Below, in pieces: positions 19,267 to 28,274 of a DNA stretch of 56,562 bases. Under the pieces are notes generated by a model that searched no databases, had not been told where the DNA came from, and worked only from the letters and a program-made list of their open reading frames with translations. The stretch comes from an uncultured Nitrospirales bacterium (GTDB lineage Bacteria; UBA10199; JADGCS01): positions 1-56,562 of the forward strand of contig CAZGMS010000101.1 of assembly GCA_964526915.1 (NCBI GenBank). The letters are read 5' to 3'. Every line of letters begins with the position of its first letter. The stretch's first letter is position 1. Both the position numbers and the translations under genes were made by a program.

Positions 19267-19358
19267 GTTTGTTTGCCTATTATCGGCAATCACACACCCA
19301 TGGTTGCGCAACTGAGATAAATAACGTCCACACTTGTGGACAGAAAACATGTATGAAA

Positions 19359-19459
19359 ACATGTATGACGGAGGTCATTGGGCAAATAATAACATGTATG
19401 ACGGAGGTCATTGGGTAGTGTCGGCAAAGAGTATAACATGTATGACGGAGGTCATTGGG
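19359..19459 (+). repeat. Three direct copies of ACATGTATGACGGAGGTCATTGGG (REP-like hairpin motif), at 19359-19382, 19392-19415 and 19436-19459
   Basis: Read directly. Copies 2 and 3 extend identically (TAGTGTCGGCAAAGAG). The core ATGAC-GGAG-GTCAT is a 5-bp stem with a 4-nt loop. Confidence 0.9.
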
Positions 19460-19569
19460 TAGTGTCGGCAAAGAGAATCTCTAACAATAAACGCTATTAC
19501 AATTATTGGGTTGTGCCGATTGACATCAGGTGTTCGCTTGGGGGTCGCTGGATTTCTGTGAGGTCGTGA

Positions 19570-20355
19570 TCAAATATCCTTGAGCTGATCCATCATCTTC
19601 ATCATTTCTTCGTTGCGGTATGTTTTTTCGATCATGCCCATGAACTTTTTGGCCTCGGGGTTGTTGGGATCGATCTCCAGGACCTTCTGATAGTACCGAT
19701 AGGCCCCATCCTGTTCCCCTTTGTGTAAAAACAATTTACCCAATAGACTGTATACGTAGACCAGCTCCTCTTTTGTGACCTCACTGCTGGTGATCCTGAC
19801 GGCTCGTTCCAGATAGGATAGGGCGTTGAGGGTGTCCCCCTTCTCGTAGGCCAACATCCCCAACAATTTGAGCAACCAGTAACTTTTTGATGATTTAGCC
19901 GCCCTTTTTAAAATAGGGAGGGCCTCATCTTTTTTCCCGCTGTTGTAGAGGGCACGACCATAGTTTTCGTCGAATGTTTTGTAAAAACGGTGCTCCTTGT
20001 TTGTCTTCTTAAAACCCTTCTCTGCCATCTGGTAAAACTCCAGCGCACTGTAATATGATCCTTGAAGTTCCGTCAGAGTGGCCAGCATGAAGACGACGAT
20101 GGGTGACTCACAGCCTGAGTTGAAAGACTGATACAGAGATTTATGCGCGGTCTCGTAATCTCCCGAGTGATAGGCCTCCATACCCTGTTTGACCTGAGCA
20201 TCCCACTTGGATGACGCGTATTTTGTAGATTCATAGGCCTGATAATCCTCGTCAGCATCATCAGCAAACGATGTGGTTGACAGAACTGCCAACAGCACAA
20301 AGAGACAACAAAACAACCCCAACTTCGAAATGTGAAATTTATACAATATTAACAT
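19570..20355 (-). CDS. Secreted TPR-repeat protein
   Basis: Signal-like N-terminus LFCCLFVLLAVLSTTSFA. Repeated TPR-like A..Y......G.Y..A helices. The start could be ATG 20355 or TTG 20370. Confidence 0.65.
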   Translation of the reverse strand: MLILYKFHISKLGLFCCLFVLLAVLSTTSFADDADEDYQAYESTKYASSKWDAQVKQGMEAYHSGDYETAHKSLYQSFNSGCESPIVVFMLATLTELQGSYYSALEFYQMAEKGFKKTNKEHRFYKTFDENYGRALYNSGKKDEALPILKRAAKSSKSYWLLKLLGMLAYEKGDTLNALSYLERAVRITSSEVTKEELVYVYSLLGKLFLHKGEQDGAYRYYQKVLEIDPNNPEAKKFMGMIEKTYRNEEMMKMMDQLKDI

Positions 20356-20421
20356 AATGTTATCATACAATGTTTGGCACTACAATCAAGGGGAATCCTG
20401 CTGATGTTTCATGTTGCGTTA

Positions 20422-20480
20422 AGGACAGCCGTGTGTTAGCGAGCCGTGGCCTTGATTACAAGGGGCTGTCCTGTTTTTTT
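20422..20480 (+). terminator. Strong intrinsic-terminator-like hairpin ending a short plus-strand structured element upstream of rpsB
   Basis: AGGACAGCC (20422-20430) pairs with GGCTGTCCT (20464-20472). An inner hairpin CCTTGattaCAAGG sits in the loop. A run GTTTTTTT follows at 20473-20480. No plus-strand CDS lies upstream. Confidence 0.55.
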
Positions 20481-20658
20481 GGGACGGCAGTATTAGTAGA
20501 TCAATCAACAAAAAAACACAACCCAGTTGTCCTCCTGGTTGTCCTATCAAGGATTATGGGGGGTTAAGACTTTTCTAGTCCAAAAAAGCAACTGAGTTGG
20601 AAGCCGGTCATGAGTGACTTCATTTGTCGCGCGTAACTGGGTAAACCAAAGGAGAAAT

Positions 20659-21579
20659 ATGGCTCAAGTTCAAATTCCAGAAATGATGGAAGTCGGTGCT
20701 CATTTTGGGCATCAAACAAAAAGGTGGAATCCCAAAATGCGCCCCTATATTTACGGGGATCGTTCAGGGGTTCACATTATTGATTTAGGGCAGACCAAAC
20801 AATTGGCGGACGCCGCATTGGCGTTTATCAAATCTGTGGTGGCGAGTGGTGAGCGCGTGCTTTTTGTGGGAACAAAAACGCAGGCTCGCCAAATTATTCG
20901 CGAGCAGGCTGAGCGTGTTGGCATGCATTACGTGAATAACCGTTGGATGGGTGGCACGTTGACCAACTTCAACACGATCAAAAAGAGCATCGATCGCTTG
21001 ATTGATCTCCAGACACGTCGTCAGAACGAAGATTTCAAAGGGTATACCAAAAAAGAATTGCTCGATGTCGACAGAACAGTTGTCAAACTCGAGGCCTCCT
21101 TGGGAGGGATCAAGTCTTTGGATAGAACACCTGGTGCTGTGTTTGTGGTCGATCCAACACATGAACGCATTGCTGTGCGTGAAGCGCGCAAACTGGGCAT
21201 TCCCATTGTGGCGATGGTTGATACGAACTGTGACCCAGATCCCATCGATTACATCATCCCTTCGAACGATGATGCCTTGGGCGCCATCATTTACTTCGTA
21301 AATAAAATCACCGAAGCTTGTCAGGAAGGTTTGCAGGATGGCGAAAAAATTGCACAGCACAGGGGTCAGCAAGCCGATGCTGGCAGAGGTCATCCCAAAC
21401 GTCGTCGCGTGACCAAGGGTGAAACCTCCGGTAAAAAAGCGGCCTTTGTTGACAGGTCCAGCAAGGACCAGGCCGCTGAGCAAGGCACGACCGACAGCTA
21501 TTCAGTCAAACTCGAAGAAACCAACGATGCGCCCGCAACGCAAGAGGAAGGCACCCATGTGCGAGCCGCGGCCGGTTGA
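20659..21579 (+). CDS. rpsB: 30S ribosomal protein S2 (with a ~60-70 aa charged C-terminal extension)
   Basis: MAQVQIPEMMEVGAHFGHQTKRWNPKM is the canonical S2 N-terminus. GGAG lies 4-5 nt upstream of ATG 20659. Confidence 0.95.
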   Translation: MAQVQIPEMMEVGAHFGHQTKRWNPKMRPYIYGDRSGVHIIDLGQTKQLADAALAFIKSVVASGERVLFVGTKTQARQIIREQAERVGMHYVNNRWMGGTLTNFNTIKKSIDRLIDLQTRRQNEDFKGYTKKELLDVDRTVVKLEASLGGIKSLDRTPGAVFVVDPTHERIAVREARKLGIPIVAMVDTNCDPDPIDYIIPSNDDALGAIIYFVNKITEACQEGLQDGEKIAQHRGQQADAGRGHPKRRRVTKGETSGKKAAFVDRSSKDQAAEQGTTDSYSVKLEETNDAPATQEEGTHVRAAAG

Positions 21580-21611
21580 TTCTTGAAGGTGACTATTCGA
21601 TCATTTTGGTG

Positions 21612-21665
21612 AACCCTGTTTACCTGAGGTTGTTGCCTCTAGACAGGGTTTACCCGATTTTTTTT
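21612..21665 (+). terminator. Possible attenuator or terminator hairpin between rpsB and tsf
   Basis: AACCCTGT (21612-21619) pairs with ACAGGGTT (21643-21650). A T-run lies at 21658-21665. The loop is large and the T-run is offset, so this is weak. Confidence 0.3.
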
Positions 21666-21681
21666 GAAGAAAGGTGAACAC

Positions 21682-22572
21682 ATGAGTATTAATGCACAAG
21701 ATGTCAAGACGCTCCGGGAAAAAACCGGGGCGGGGATGATGGATTGCAAGAAGGCCCTGACCGAATCCAACGGCAACTTTGAAGAAGCTGTCGATTATCT
21801 GAAGAAACAGGGTTTGGCGAAGGCTGTAAAAAAAGGCGGGCGCATTGCCGCTGATGGTCTGGTGTTTTCAACGATTGCTGGCTCTACGGGACTGGTGCTT
21901 GAGTTGAACTGCGAAACCGATTTCGTGGCTCGCACCGATGATTTTGTGAATTTTGGAAACCAGTTGGTCCAGACGATTTTGAAAAACAAACCAACCAGCC
22001 TCGAAGAGGCCCTGGCCGTGAAAATGGATGAGAGGACCATCGAAGAGAGCCTTAACGACAAAATAGCCAAGATTGGCGAAAAACTGTCATTGCGTCGTTT
22101 CAAGATCGTCACAGCGAAGGCTGGCGGCAAACTGGGGTTATACAGTCATGCGGGCGGGAAGATTGCTGTTCTGCTCGAAGTGACGGGCGACAAAATCGAT
22201 GACGAAGTCATCAGAAACCTGGCCATGCAGATCACGGCCATGTCTCCCCAGTACACCGACAAGAGCGAAGTCCCTCAGGACATCCTGGATCGAGAAAAGG
22301 AAATCCAACTGGCGCAATTGATCGAGAGCGGAAAACCAGCCAACATTCTCGAGAAAATCATTGTGGGAAAGCTCGACAAATTTGCCGGTGAGATGTCTCT
22401 CATGCAACAGTCTTACGTCAAGGATTCCAGCGGCAAAACCAGTGTGGCAGCGTATCTCAAGACCGTTGATCCCCAGGCCAAGGTCGTGCAGTTCTTGCGA
22501 TACGAAGTGGGTGAAGGGCTGGAGAAACGCAAGGACGATTTTGCACAAGAAGTGGCCAGTATGGTAAAGTGA
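21682..22572 (+). CDS. tsf: Elongation factor Ts
   Basis: MSINAQDVKTLREKTGAGMMDCKKAL is the canonical EF-Ts N-terminus. AAGGTG lies upstream of ATG 21682. Confidence 0.95.
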   Translation: MSINAQDVKTLREKTGAGMMDCKKALTESNGNFEEAVDYLKKQGLAKAVKKGGRIAADGLVFSTIAGSTGLVLELNCETDFVARTDDFVNFGNQLVQTILKNKPTSLEEALAVKMDERTIEESLNDKIAKIGEKLSLRRFKIVTAKAGGKLGLYSHAGGKIAVLLEVTGDKIDDEVIRNLAMQITAMSPQYTDKSEVPQDILDREKEIQLAQLIESGKPANILEKIIVGKLDKFAGEMSLMQQSYVKDSSGKTSVAAYLKTVDPQAKVVQFLRYEVGEGLEKRKDDFAQEVASMVK

Positions 22573-22587
22573 TCAATCATTAATTGA

Positions 22588-22616
22588 GGCCCTCCTTTGC
22601 GGGGGGCCATTTTTAT
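22588..22616 (+). terminator. GC-rich hairpin plus T-run between tsf and pyrH (terminator or attenuator; abuts the pyrH start)
   Basis: GGCCCTCC (22588-22595) pairs with GGGGGGCC (22601-22608) around the loop TTTGC, followed by ATTTTTAT. Confidence 0.45.
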
Positions 22617-23342
22617 ATGAAACCAGATAAATCACGGGCTCAATACAAGCGCGTGCTGATCAAACTCAGCGGCGAATCATTGATGCCTGAAGGTGGTCAC
22701 GGGATTTCACTCGGTGTCACGCGGGCAATTGTGAGCGAAATCAAGCCGGTATCCGACCTGGGTGTGCAGATGGGGATTGTGATTGGTGGCGGGAATTTCC
22801 TGCGGGGCATGACCTTTGCCGAACACGGCATGGATCGCTCAACAGCCGATCACATGGGCATGCTGGCAACCGTCATGAATTCATTGGCCCTGCAGAATGC
22901 CCTCGAACAGGAGGGGCTTCCCACGCGTGTGATGTCGGCCATTGACATGCGCGAGTTGGTCGAACCCTACATCATGCGGCGCGCGATTCGTCATTTGGAA
23001 AAGGGTCGCATTGTCATCTTTGCCGCGGGCACTGGAAACCCTTATTTTACAACCGATACGGCCGCATCCCTGCGCGCCATGGAAATCCACGCTGACGTGA
23101 TCTTAAAAGCCACCAAGGTTGATGGTATTTACGATAAAGATCCCAAAAAACATCCCGATGCCAAACGGTATGAACGTCTCCGATTCATTGACGTGCTCAA
23201 ACAAGGGCTCAAGGTCATGGATTCCACGGCGATTTCTCTCTGCATGGACAACTCGTTGCCGATCGTGGTGTTTGACCTGTTTCAGAAAGGCAACGTCAAG
23301 AAGGTTGTTTTGGGTGAGGATATCGGGACGCGGGTGAGTTAG
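22617..23342 (+). CDS. pyrH: UMP kinase
   Basis: [13 protein letters not shown]..., [12 protein letters not shown], and the synteny tsf-pyrH-frr. Confidence 0.93.
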   Translation: MKPDKSRAQYKRVLIKLSGESLMPEGGHGISLGVTRAIVSEIKPVSDLGVQMGIVIGGGNFLRGMTFAEHGMDRSTADHMGMLATVMNSLALQNALEQEGLPTRVMSAIDMRELVEPYIMRRAIRHLEKGRIVIFAAGTGNPYFTTDTAASLRAMEIHADVILKATKVDGIYDKDPKKHPDAKRYERLRFIDVLKQGLKVMDSTAISLCMDNSLPIVVFDLFQKGNVKKVVLGEDIGTRVS

Positions 23343-23371
23343 TGCAGGTGAAATAAAAACAAGGAGGTTCT

Positions 23372-23929
23372 ATGATAGATGAAATCATGCTAGACACCAT
23401 GTCCAACATGGACAAGGCGATCACAGCCTTACAACACAATTTGTCCAAACTGAGAACGGGCCGCGCCTCCCTGACGGTACTGGATGGCATCAAAATTGAT
23501 TATTACGGAACATTGTCGCCCCTCAATCAGGTGGCCACCCTGTCCATTCCAGAGCCGCGCATGATCACTGTCCAGCCCTGGGAGCCAACATTCATCGCGA
23601 CAATCGAAAAGGCCATCGAGAAGGCGAACATCGGACTCAACCCCACCAGTGATGGGAAGCTCATTCGTCTCCCCATCCCGCAATTGACCGAAGAACGTCG
23701 TCTCGAGATTGTGAAACAACTCAAGAATTTTGGCGAGGATTGCCGGGTGGCCGTACGCCAGGCCCGAAAAGAGGCCAATGACATCCTCAAAAAAATGAAG
23801 AAAGACTCCGAGATCACTGAAGACGATTTTCACAATGGCAGTGATCAGGTTCAAAAAACAACAGACGATTACATCGCCAAGGTTGACGCTCTGATGGCCA
23901 AGAAAGAAAAAGACATTATGCAGGTGTAG
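23372..23929 (+). CDS. frr: Ribosome recycling factor
   Basis: 185 aa. LRTGRASLTVLDGIKIDYYG...LSIPEPRMITVQPWE. AGGAGG RBS. Confidence 0.95.
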   Translation: MIDEIMLDTMSNMDKAITALQHNLSKLRTGRASLTVLDGIKIDYYGTLSPLNQVATLSIPEPRMITVQPWEPTFIATIEKAIEKANIGLNPTSDGKLIRLPIPQLTEERRLEIVKQLKNFGEDCRVAVRQARKEANDILKKMKKDSEITEDDFHNGSDQVQKTTDDYIAKVDALMAKKEKDIMQV

Positions 23930-24050
23930 TAGCGTGTTCATGTGTTCGTGTGCGTGCGTGGAAGTGGGCGCAGGGCATAAGGCTTAAGGCGCAAGGCTTT
24001 TTGAGCTTTTGGCTTTGATAGAACTGCGATCTGTACCCTAAAGGGCACAA

Positions 24051-24074
24051 ACGATCCACGATTCACGATTCACG
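24051..24074. repeat. Short array of the heptamer ACGATCC/ACGATTC (3 units), the reverse orientation of the hslV/hslU arrays
   Basis: ACGATCC ACGATTC ACGATTC ACG, read directly, about 20 nt upstream of the uppS ATG. Confidence 0.8.
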
Positions 24075-24094
24075 TTTAGGCTTTCGGGTTCTTC

Positions 24095-24838
24095 ATGCAG
24101 GATCAGCTTACGACAATCGATCAATCTTCCTTGCCTCGCCACATCGCCATCATCATGGATGGGAATGGTCGTTGGGCCAAGGGCCGGGGTCTGCCCCGCA
24201 TTGAAGGGCATCGCAGGGGGGTGGCTGTTGTCGAGGAGATTGTGGAGGAGGCCAGGGAACGGGGGGTCAAGTTCCTGACCTTGTATGCCTTTTCCAAAGA
24301 AAACTGGAACAGGCCCTCGGAGGAAACCACGGCGCTCATGCAGTTGTTGTACGAGTTTCTGGTGACCAAAAAAGAGAAAATGTTGCGGCAGGGCATTCGC
24401 CTGAACGCCATTGGTGATCTCAAACAATTGCCAGATGTGGTTTGGCAATGTCTTGATGGGACGATGAAAGAGACCTCTGGGGGACAAGATATGGTGCTCA
24501 CGCTGGCGTTGAGCTATGGGTCGCGAAACGAGATCACGCGAGCCGTTCAAAAACTTGCCGGTCAACTGAGTGAGAAACGGCTTTCAGTGGAACAGGTCAG
24601 TGAAGAGTTGCTCGCCTCCTTTTTGGACACGCAGGGGTTGCCGGATCCCGATTTGATCATCCGCACCTCCGGAGAAAGTCGTATCAGTAATTTTTTGTTG
24701 TGGCAGGGAGCCTATTCCGAACTGATTTTTCTCAAATTCTGTTGGCCGGATTTTACCAGGGAACACTTTGTGCAGTGCCTGCTTGACTACCAGAGCCGGG
24801 AACGGCGATTTGGCATGACCAGTGAACAATTGGATTGA
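24095..24838 (+). CDS. uppS: Undecaprenyl-diphosphate synthase (isoprenyl transferase)
   Basis: HIAIIMDGNGRWAK, ALSYGSRNEI and IRTSGESRISNFLLWQ. Confidence 0.95.
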   Translation: MQDQLTTIDQSSLPRHIAIIMDGNGRWAKGRGLPRIEGHRRGVAVVEEIVEEARERGVKFLTLYAFSKENWNRPSEETTALMQLLYEFLVTKKEKMLRQGIRLNAIGDLKQLPDVVWQCLDGTMKETSGGQDMVLTLALSYGSRNEITRAVQKLAGQLSEKRLSVEQVSEELLASFLDTQGLPDPDLIIRTSGESRISNFLLWQGAYSELIFLKFCWPDFTREHFVQCLLDYQSRERRFGMTSEQLD

Positions 24839-24901
24839 TGTTTTTCGTATTCAGCTCTGTGCTAAAAAGCTCGGGTCAGGATGCGGGAGGCATTGTGAAT
24901 T

Positions 24902-25696
24902 ATGGCACGATGGATCACGGGAATACTGTTGACCTTGGTGGCAATCGCCTTGTTGCTGGTTGCCGACATCTATTTACTCAAATGCCTGCTGGTGTTGCTG
25001 TCGGTGGTGGCTTCTCTGGAACTGCTGAACGTCATCATGCGATTTGGGGGCACTGGCAAAAAATTGGTGGGAGCGGCCTTGACTGGTTTGGGATCTTGGC
25101 TGGTTTTATTTGACGCGCCTCTTGTGCGCCTTCACATGTTTGTCTACGCCGTGCTGGCGATCGGTTTTATTCTGGAATTTCCCGGGAGCGTGAATAACAG
25201 CACCAAGATCAAGCAAACGGCTTTTTTTGTATTCGGGATTTTTTATCTGGCCTTTCTTTTTGGTCTGATCGGCAAACTCTGTGATGTGCCCCATTATCGG
25301 TTCTGGTTATTTCTGACACTGGCCTGCACGCATCTGGGAGATACGGGGGCTTACATTGTGGGCCGCTTGGTGGGCAAACACAAAATGGCACCCACCTTAT
25401 CCCCGGGTAAAACCATGGAGGGGCTGGCGGGCGCACTGGTCTTCAGTGCTTTCGCCGCGTATGGTGTGCGAATGATTTTTTGGCCCACCTTCGATCTGGT
25501 CCTGGTTATCGTTTTGGGGATCCTCATTTCGCTGGTTGGGGTGATTGGTGACTTGTGTGAGTCACTGCTCAAACGGGGTTTTGGTGTTAAGGATATGGGA
25601 AACATGATTCCTGGGCACGGCGGGCTTCTGGATCGCTTTGATTCCCTCCTGTTTACGGCTCCGCTGGTCTATTTCATCACGCAATTATTACCATGA
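24902..25696 (+). CDS. cdsA: Phosphatidate cytidylyltransferase
   Basis: Multi-TM protein with SLLKRGFGVKDMGNMIPGHGGLLDRFDS. Confidence 0.92.
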   Translation: MARWITGILLTLVAIALLLVADIYLLKCLLVLLSVVASLELLNVIMRFGGTGKKLVGAALTGLGSWLVLFDAPLVRLHMFVYAVLAIGFILEFPGSVNNSTKIKQTAFFVFGIFYLAFLFGLIGKLCDVPHYRFWLFLTLACTHLGDTGAYIVGRLVGKHKMAPTLSPGKTMEGLAGALVFSAFAAYGVRMIFWPTFDLVLVIVLGILISLVGVIGDLCESLLKRGFGVKDMGNMIPGHGGLLDRFDSLLFTAPLVYFITQLLP

Positions 25697-26862
25697 TGGC
25701 AGAATATCAAAAAAAGATTTCCCTATTGGGTTCGACCGGATCGATCGGTGTTTCCACACTGGATCTGGCCAGACAACACCCGGATCGTTTTCAGATTTTG
25801 GCCTTGGCGGCTGGTTCCAACACAAGGTTGTTGCTCGAGCAAATCGCAGAGTTTCGGCCCCGCCTGGTGTCAGTCAAATCCAAACAGGATTATGAGGAAA
25901 TCAAGGCTCAGCTTTCGTGCGACACAGAGATATTTTATGGAGACGATGGGGCACAGCGCGTGGCTACCGCAGAAGGTGCAGATTTAGTCGTCTCCGCCAT
26001 TGTGGGAGCCGCTGGACTCAAACCAACATTGGCCGCCATCGAAGCGGGCAAGGATGTGTGTCTGGCCAATAAAGAGAGCATGGTCATTGCGGGTGAGATC
26101 ATGTCGCAAAAGGCCAGGCAGAATCGGGTTCGCATTTTGCCTGTGGACAGCGAGCACTCGGCCATTTTCCAATGCTTGAACGGTGAACATCCTGATGATG
26201 TCGACAAACTTATTTTGACCGCGAGCGGGGGGCCTTTTTGGAACTTGCCACAGTCAGCCTTCATCCACATCACCAGAGAACAGGCCCTCAAACACCCCAA
26301 TTGGGATATGGGGGCCAAAATCACGATTGATTCGGCAACCATGATGAATAAAGGTTTGGAGGTGATGGAGGCCCACTGGTTGTTTGGCATGCCCGTTGCT
26401 AAAATCAATGTCGTGGTGCACCCCCAGAGCATCATTCATTCCATGGTACAGTTTGTGGATGGTTCGGTGATGGCCCAGATGGGTTCGCCAGACATGCGCG
26501 TGCCCATTGCCTATGCCTTGATGTACCCACGACGCATCACAACAGGTGTGAAGACGCTCGATCTTCCAAAAATCGAGAAGCTTTCTTTTTTTGAACCGGA
26601 TCTCGAAAAATTTTCGTGCCTGCGCCTGGCCTTTGATGTGGCCAGGAAGGGCCTGAGTTATCCGGCCGTGCTGAACGCGGCCAATGAAGTGGCCGTGGAT
26701 GCCTTTTTGAAAAAGCAGATTTCATTTGTGCAGATTCCCCAATTCATCGATGTCTGCCTCCAGCGGCACGGTCCCTTCGCTGTGTCTGCGTTGGAAGATG
26801 TTTTGGCGGCAGACCTGTGGGCGCGTGAATTTGTAAAAAACCAGATAGGAAACAAAACATGA
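25693..26862 (+). CDS. dxr: 1-deoxy-D-xylulose 5-phosphate reductoisomerase
   Basis: LGSTGSIGVSTLD, LANKESMV, PVDSEHSAIFQC and NKGLEVMEAHWLF. The start overlaps the cdsA stop. Confidence 0.95.
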   Translation: MMAEYQKKISLLGSTGSIGVSTLDLARQHPDRFQILALAAGSNTRLLLEQIAEFRPRLVSVKSKQDYEEIKAQLSCDTEIFYGDDGAQRVATAEGADLVVSAIVGAAGLKPTLAAIEAGKDVCLANKESMVIAGEIMSQKARQNRVRILPVDSEHSAIFQCLNGEHPDDVDKLILTASGGPFWNLPQSAFIHITREQALKHPNWDMGAKITIDSATMMNKGLEVMEAHWLFGMPVAKINVVVHPQSIIHSMVQFVDGSVMAQMGSPDMRVPIAYALMYPRRITTGVKTLDLPKIEKLSFFEPDLEKFSCLRLAFDVARKGLSYPAVLNAANEVAVDAFLKKQISFVQIPQFIDVCLQRHGPFAVSALEDVLAADLWAREFVKNQIGNKT

Positions 26863-28271
26863 TGACAGTGATCATATTTATTCTTGCCCTGAGTATCCTC
26901 ATTTTTGTGCATGAGTGGGGTCATTTTATTGTGGCTAAAAAATCAGGCATTCGGGTGGATGTTTTTTGCATTGGGTTTGGTCCGAAGCTTTTCAGCTTTA
27001 CCTGGGGAGGGACCGAGTACCGCATCGCGCCCTTTCCCTTTGGTGGTTTCGTCAAAATATTCGGACACGAGCCCATGGAAGAGGCCGAGGGTGATGCCGT
27101 GAGGGCCAAGGAGATCGCTGAGCATCCCCAGGCCTTTGTGTCCAAACCCCTGTGGAAGAGGTTGGCCGTGGTGTTCTCTGGCCCCCTGATGAATATCATT
27201 TTGTGTTTATTGCTGTTGCCTGTGGTGTACATGGTGGGACAGTACAAACCAAAAATTGTTTTTGAAAAACCGGTCGTGGTTGAGGTCACTCACGGGTCTC
27301 CCGCAGAGCGGGCTGGTTTGCAAAAAGGCGACGAGATCACCAAATTCAACGATAAAACAGTCACCAACTGGGAGGACCTGATGACACAAATCATGGTCCA
27401 CCCCGAGGAAGAGGTGTCACTCGCGTTCCTCAGAGCGGGTCAATTAAGGACTGTCAAGACAAAGCCAGTGATCAAAAAAGAGGGTGATCAATCCATGGGG
27501 TATCTGGGGATAGAATACTATGAATTTTATGGTAACGAACCAGTGGTCGGAGAGGTGCAGAAGGAAACACCCGCGGATCGTGCGGGAATCAGGTCCGGGG
27601 ACCTGATTGTGGCCATCAACGGAAAGCCAATACAGTACTGGACCGAAATGATGGAGGTGGTGAGGGGGAGCGAAGGACGTTCGCTTGATGTGACTGTGGA
27701 AAGAGCTGCCGTGAACGGAGTCGATGCCAGAGAAAGAATGATCATGGTGGTCAAACCCGAATTTTCGGAGAAAGCTAAATACTGGGTGATGGGGATTCAG
27801 AAGGACATCATCAAGGATGGTTTGGTTAGAGTCCGTCACGGTTTTACCGATTCAGTCAAATTGGGTGTGAGAAAATTCGGAAGTCTCACCAACATGACAC
27901 TGGATGTTCTTTACCGGCTGTTTACAGGGCAGCTATCGGTAAAGGTCCTGGGAGGGCCTTTGCAGATCGCCAAACTCACTTCATCGGCAGCCAAATCGAG
28001 TTTTGGGGATTTTTTGTTCATCCTGGCCTTTTTGTCCCTGCAACTCGGCATCTTGAATCTCATGCCCATCCCGGTGCTGGACGGGGGACACATCACCTTC
28101 ATGTTGATTGAGGGAGCTGTCCGGAGGCCATTGCCATACAAGTTTAAACTGGCGCTCATGCAGGTGGGGTTGGTTGTGTTGATGGGGTTCATGTTGTTCG
28201 TGACGATCAACGATGTCGACAACCTCTGGGGTTTTGCGAATATTTTCCAGAAGCTCAAAGGGGTGTTTTGA
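26859..28271 (+). CDS. rseP: RIP (site-2) M50 zinc metalloprotease with PDZ domains
   Basis: HEWGHFIVAK (HExxH) in the first TM region, two PDZ-like segments, and the C-terminal NLMPIPVLDGGH motif. Confidence 0.93.
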   Translation: MMTVIIFILALSILIFVHEWGHFIVAKKSGIRVDVFCIGFGPKLFSFTWGGTEYRIAPFPFGGFVKIFGHEPMEEAEGDAVRAKEIAEHPQAFVSKPLWKRLAVVFSGPLMNIILCLLLLPVVYMVGQYKPKIVFEKPVVVEVTHGSPAERAGLQKGDEITKFNDKTVTNWEDLMTQIMVHPEEEVSLAFLRAGQLRTVKTKPVIKKEGDQSMGYLGIEYYEFYGNEPVVGEVQKETPADRAGIRSGDLIVAINGKPIQYWTEMMEVVRGSEGRSLDVTVERAAVNGVDARERMIMVVKPEFSEKAKYWVMGIQKDIIKDGLVRVRHGFTDSVKLGVRKFGSLTNMTLDVLYRLFTGQLSVKVLGGPLQIAKLTSSAAKSSFGDFLFILAFLSLQLGILNLMPIPVLDGGHITFMLIEGAVRRPLPYKFKLALMQVGLVVLMGFMLFVTINDVDNLWGFANIFQKLKGVF

Positions 28272-28274
28272 CCC

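Noticed and set aside
19359-19459. The three 24-bp repeats as a mini-CRISPR array.
   Set aside because: There are only three copies with unequal, very short gaps (9 and 20 bp), part of which is itself repeated. The same motif occurs singly or in pairs at many other intergenic sites and around a RAYT-like gene, which fits REP elements better.
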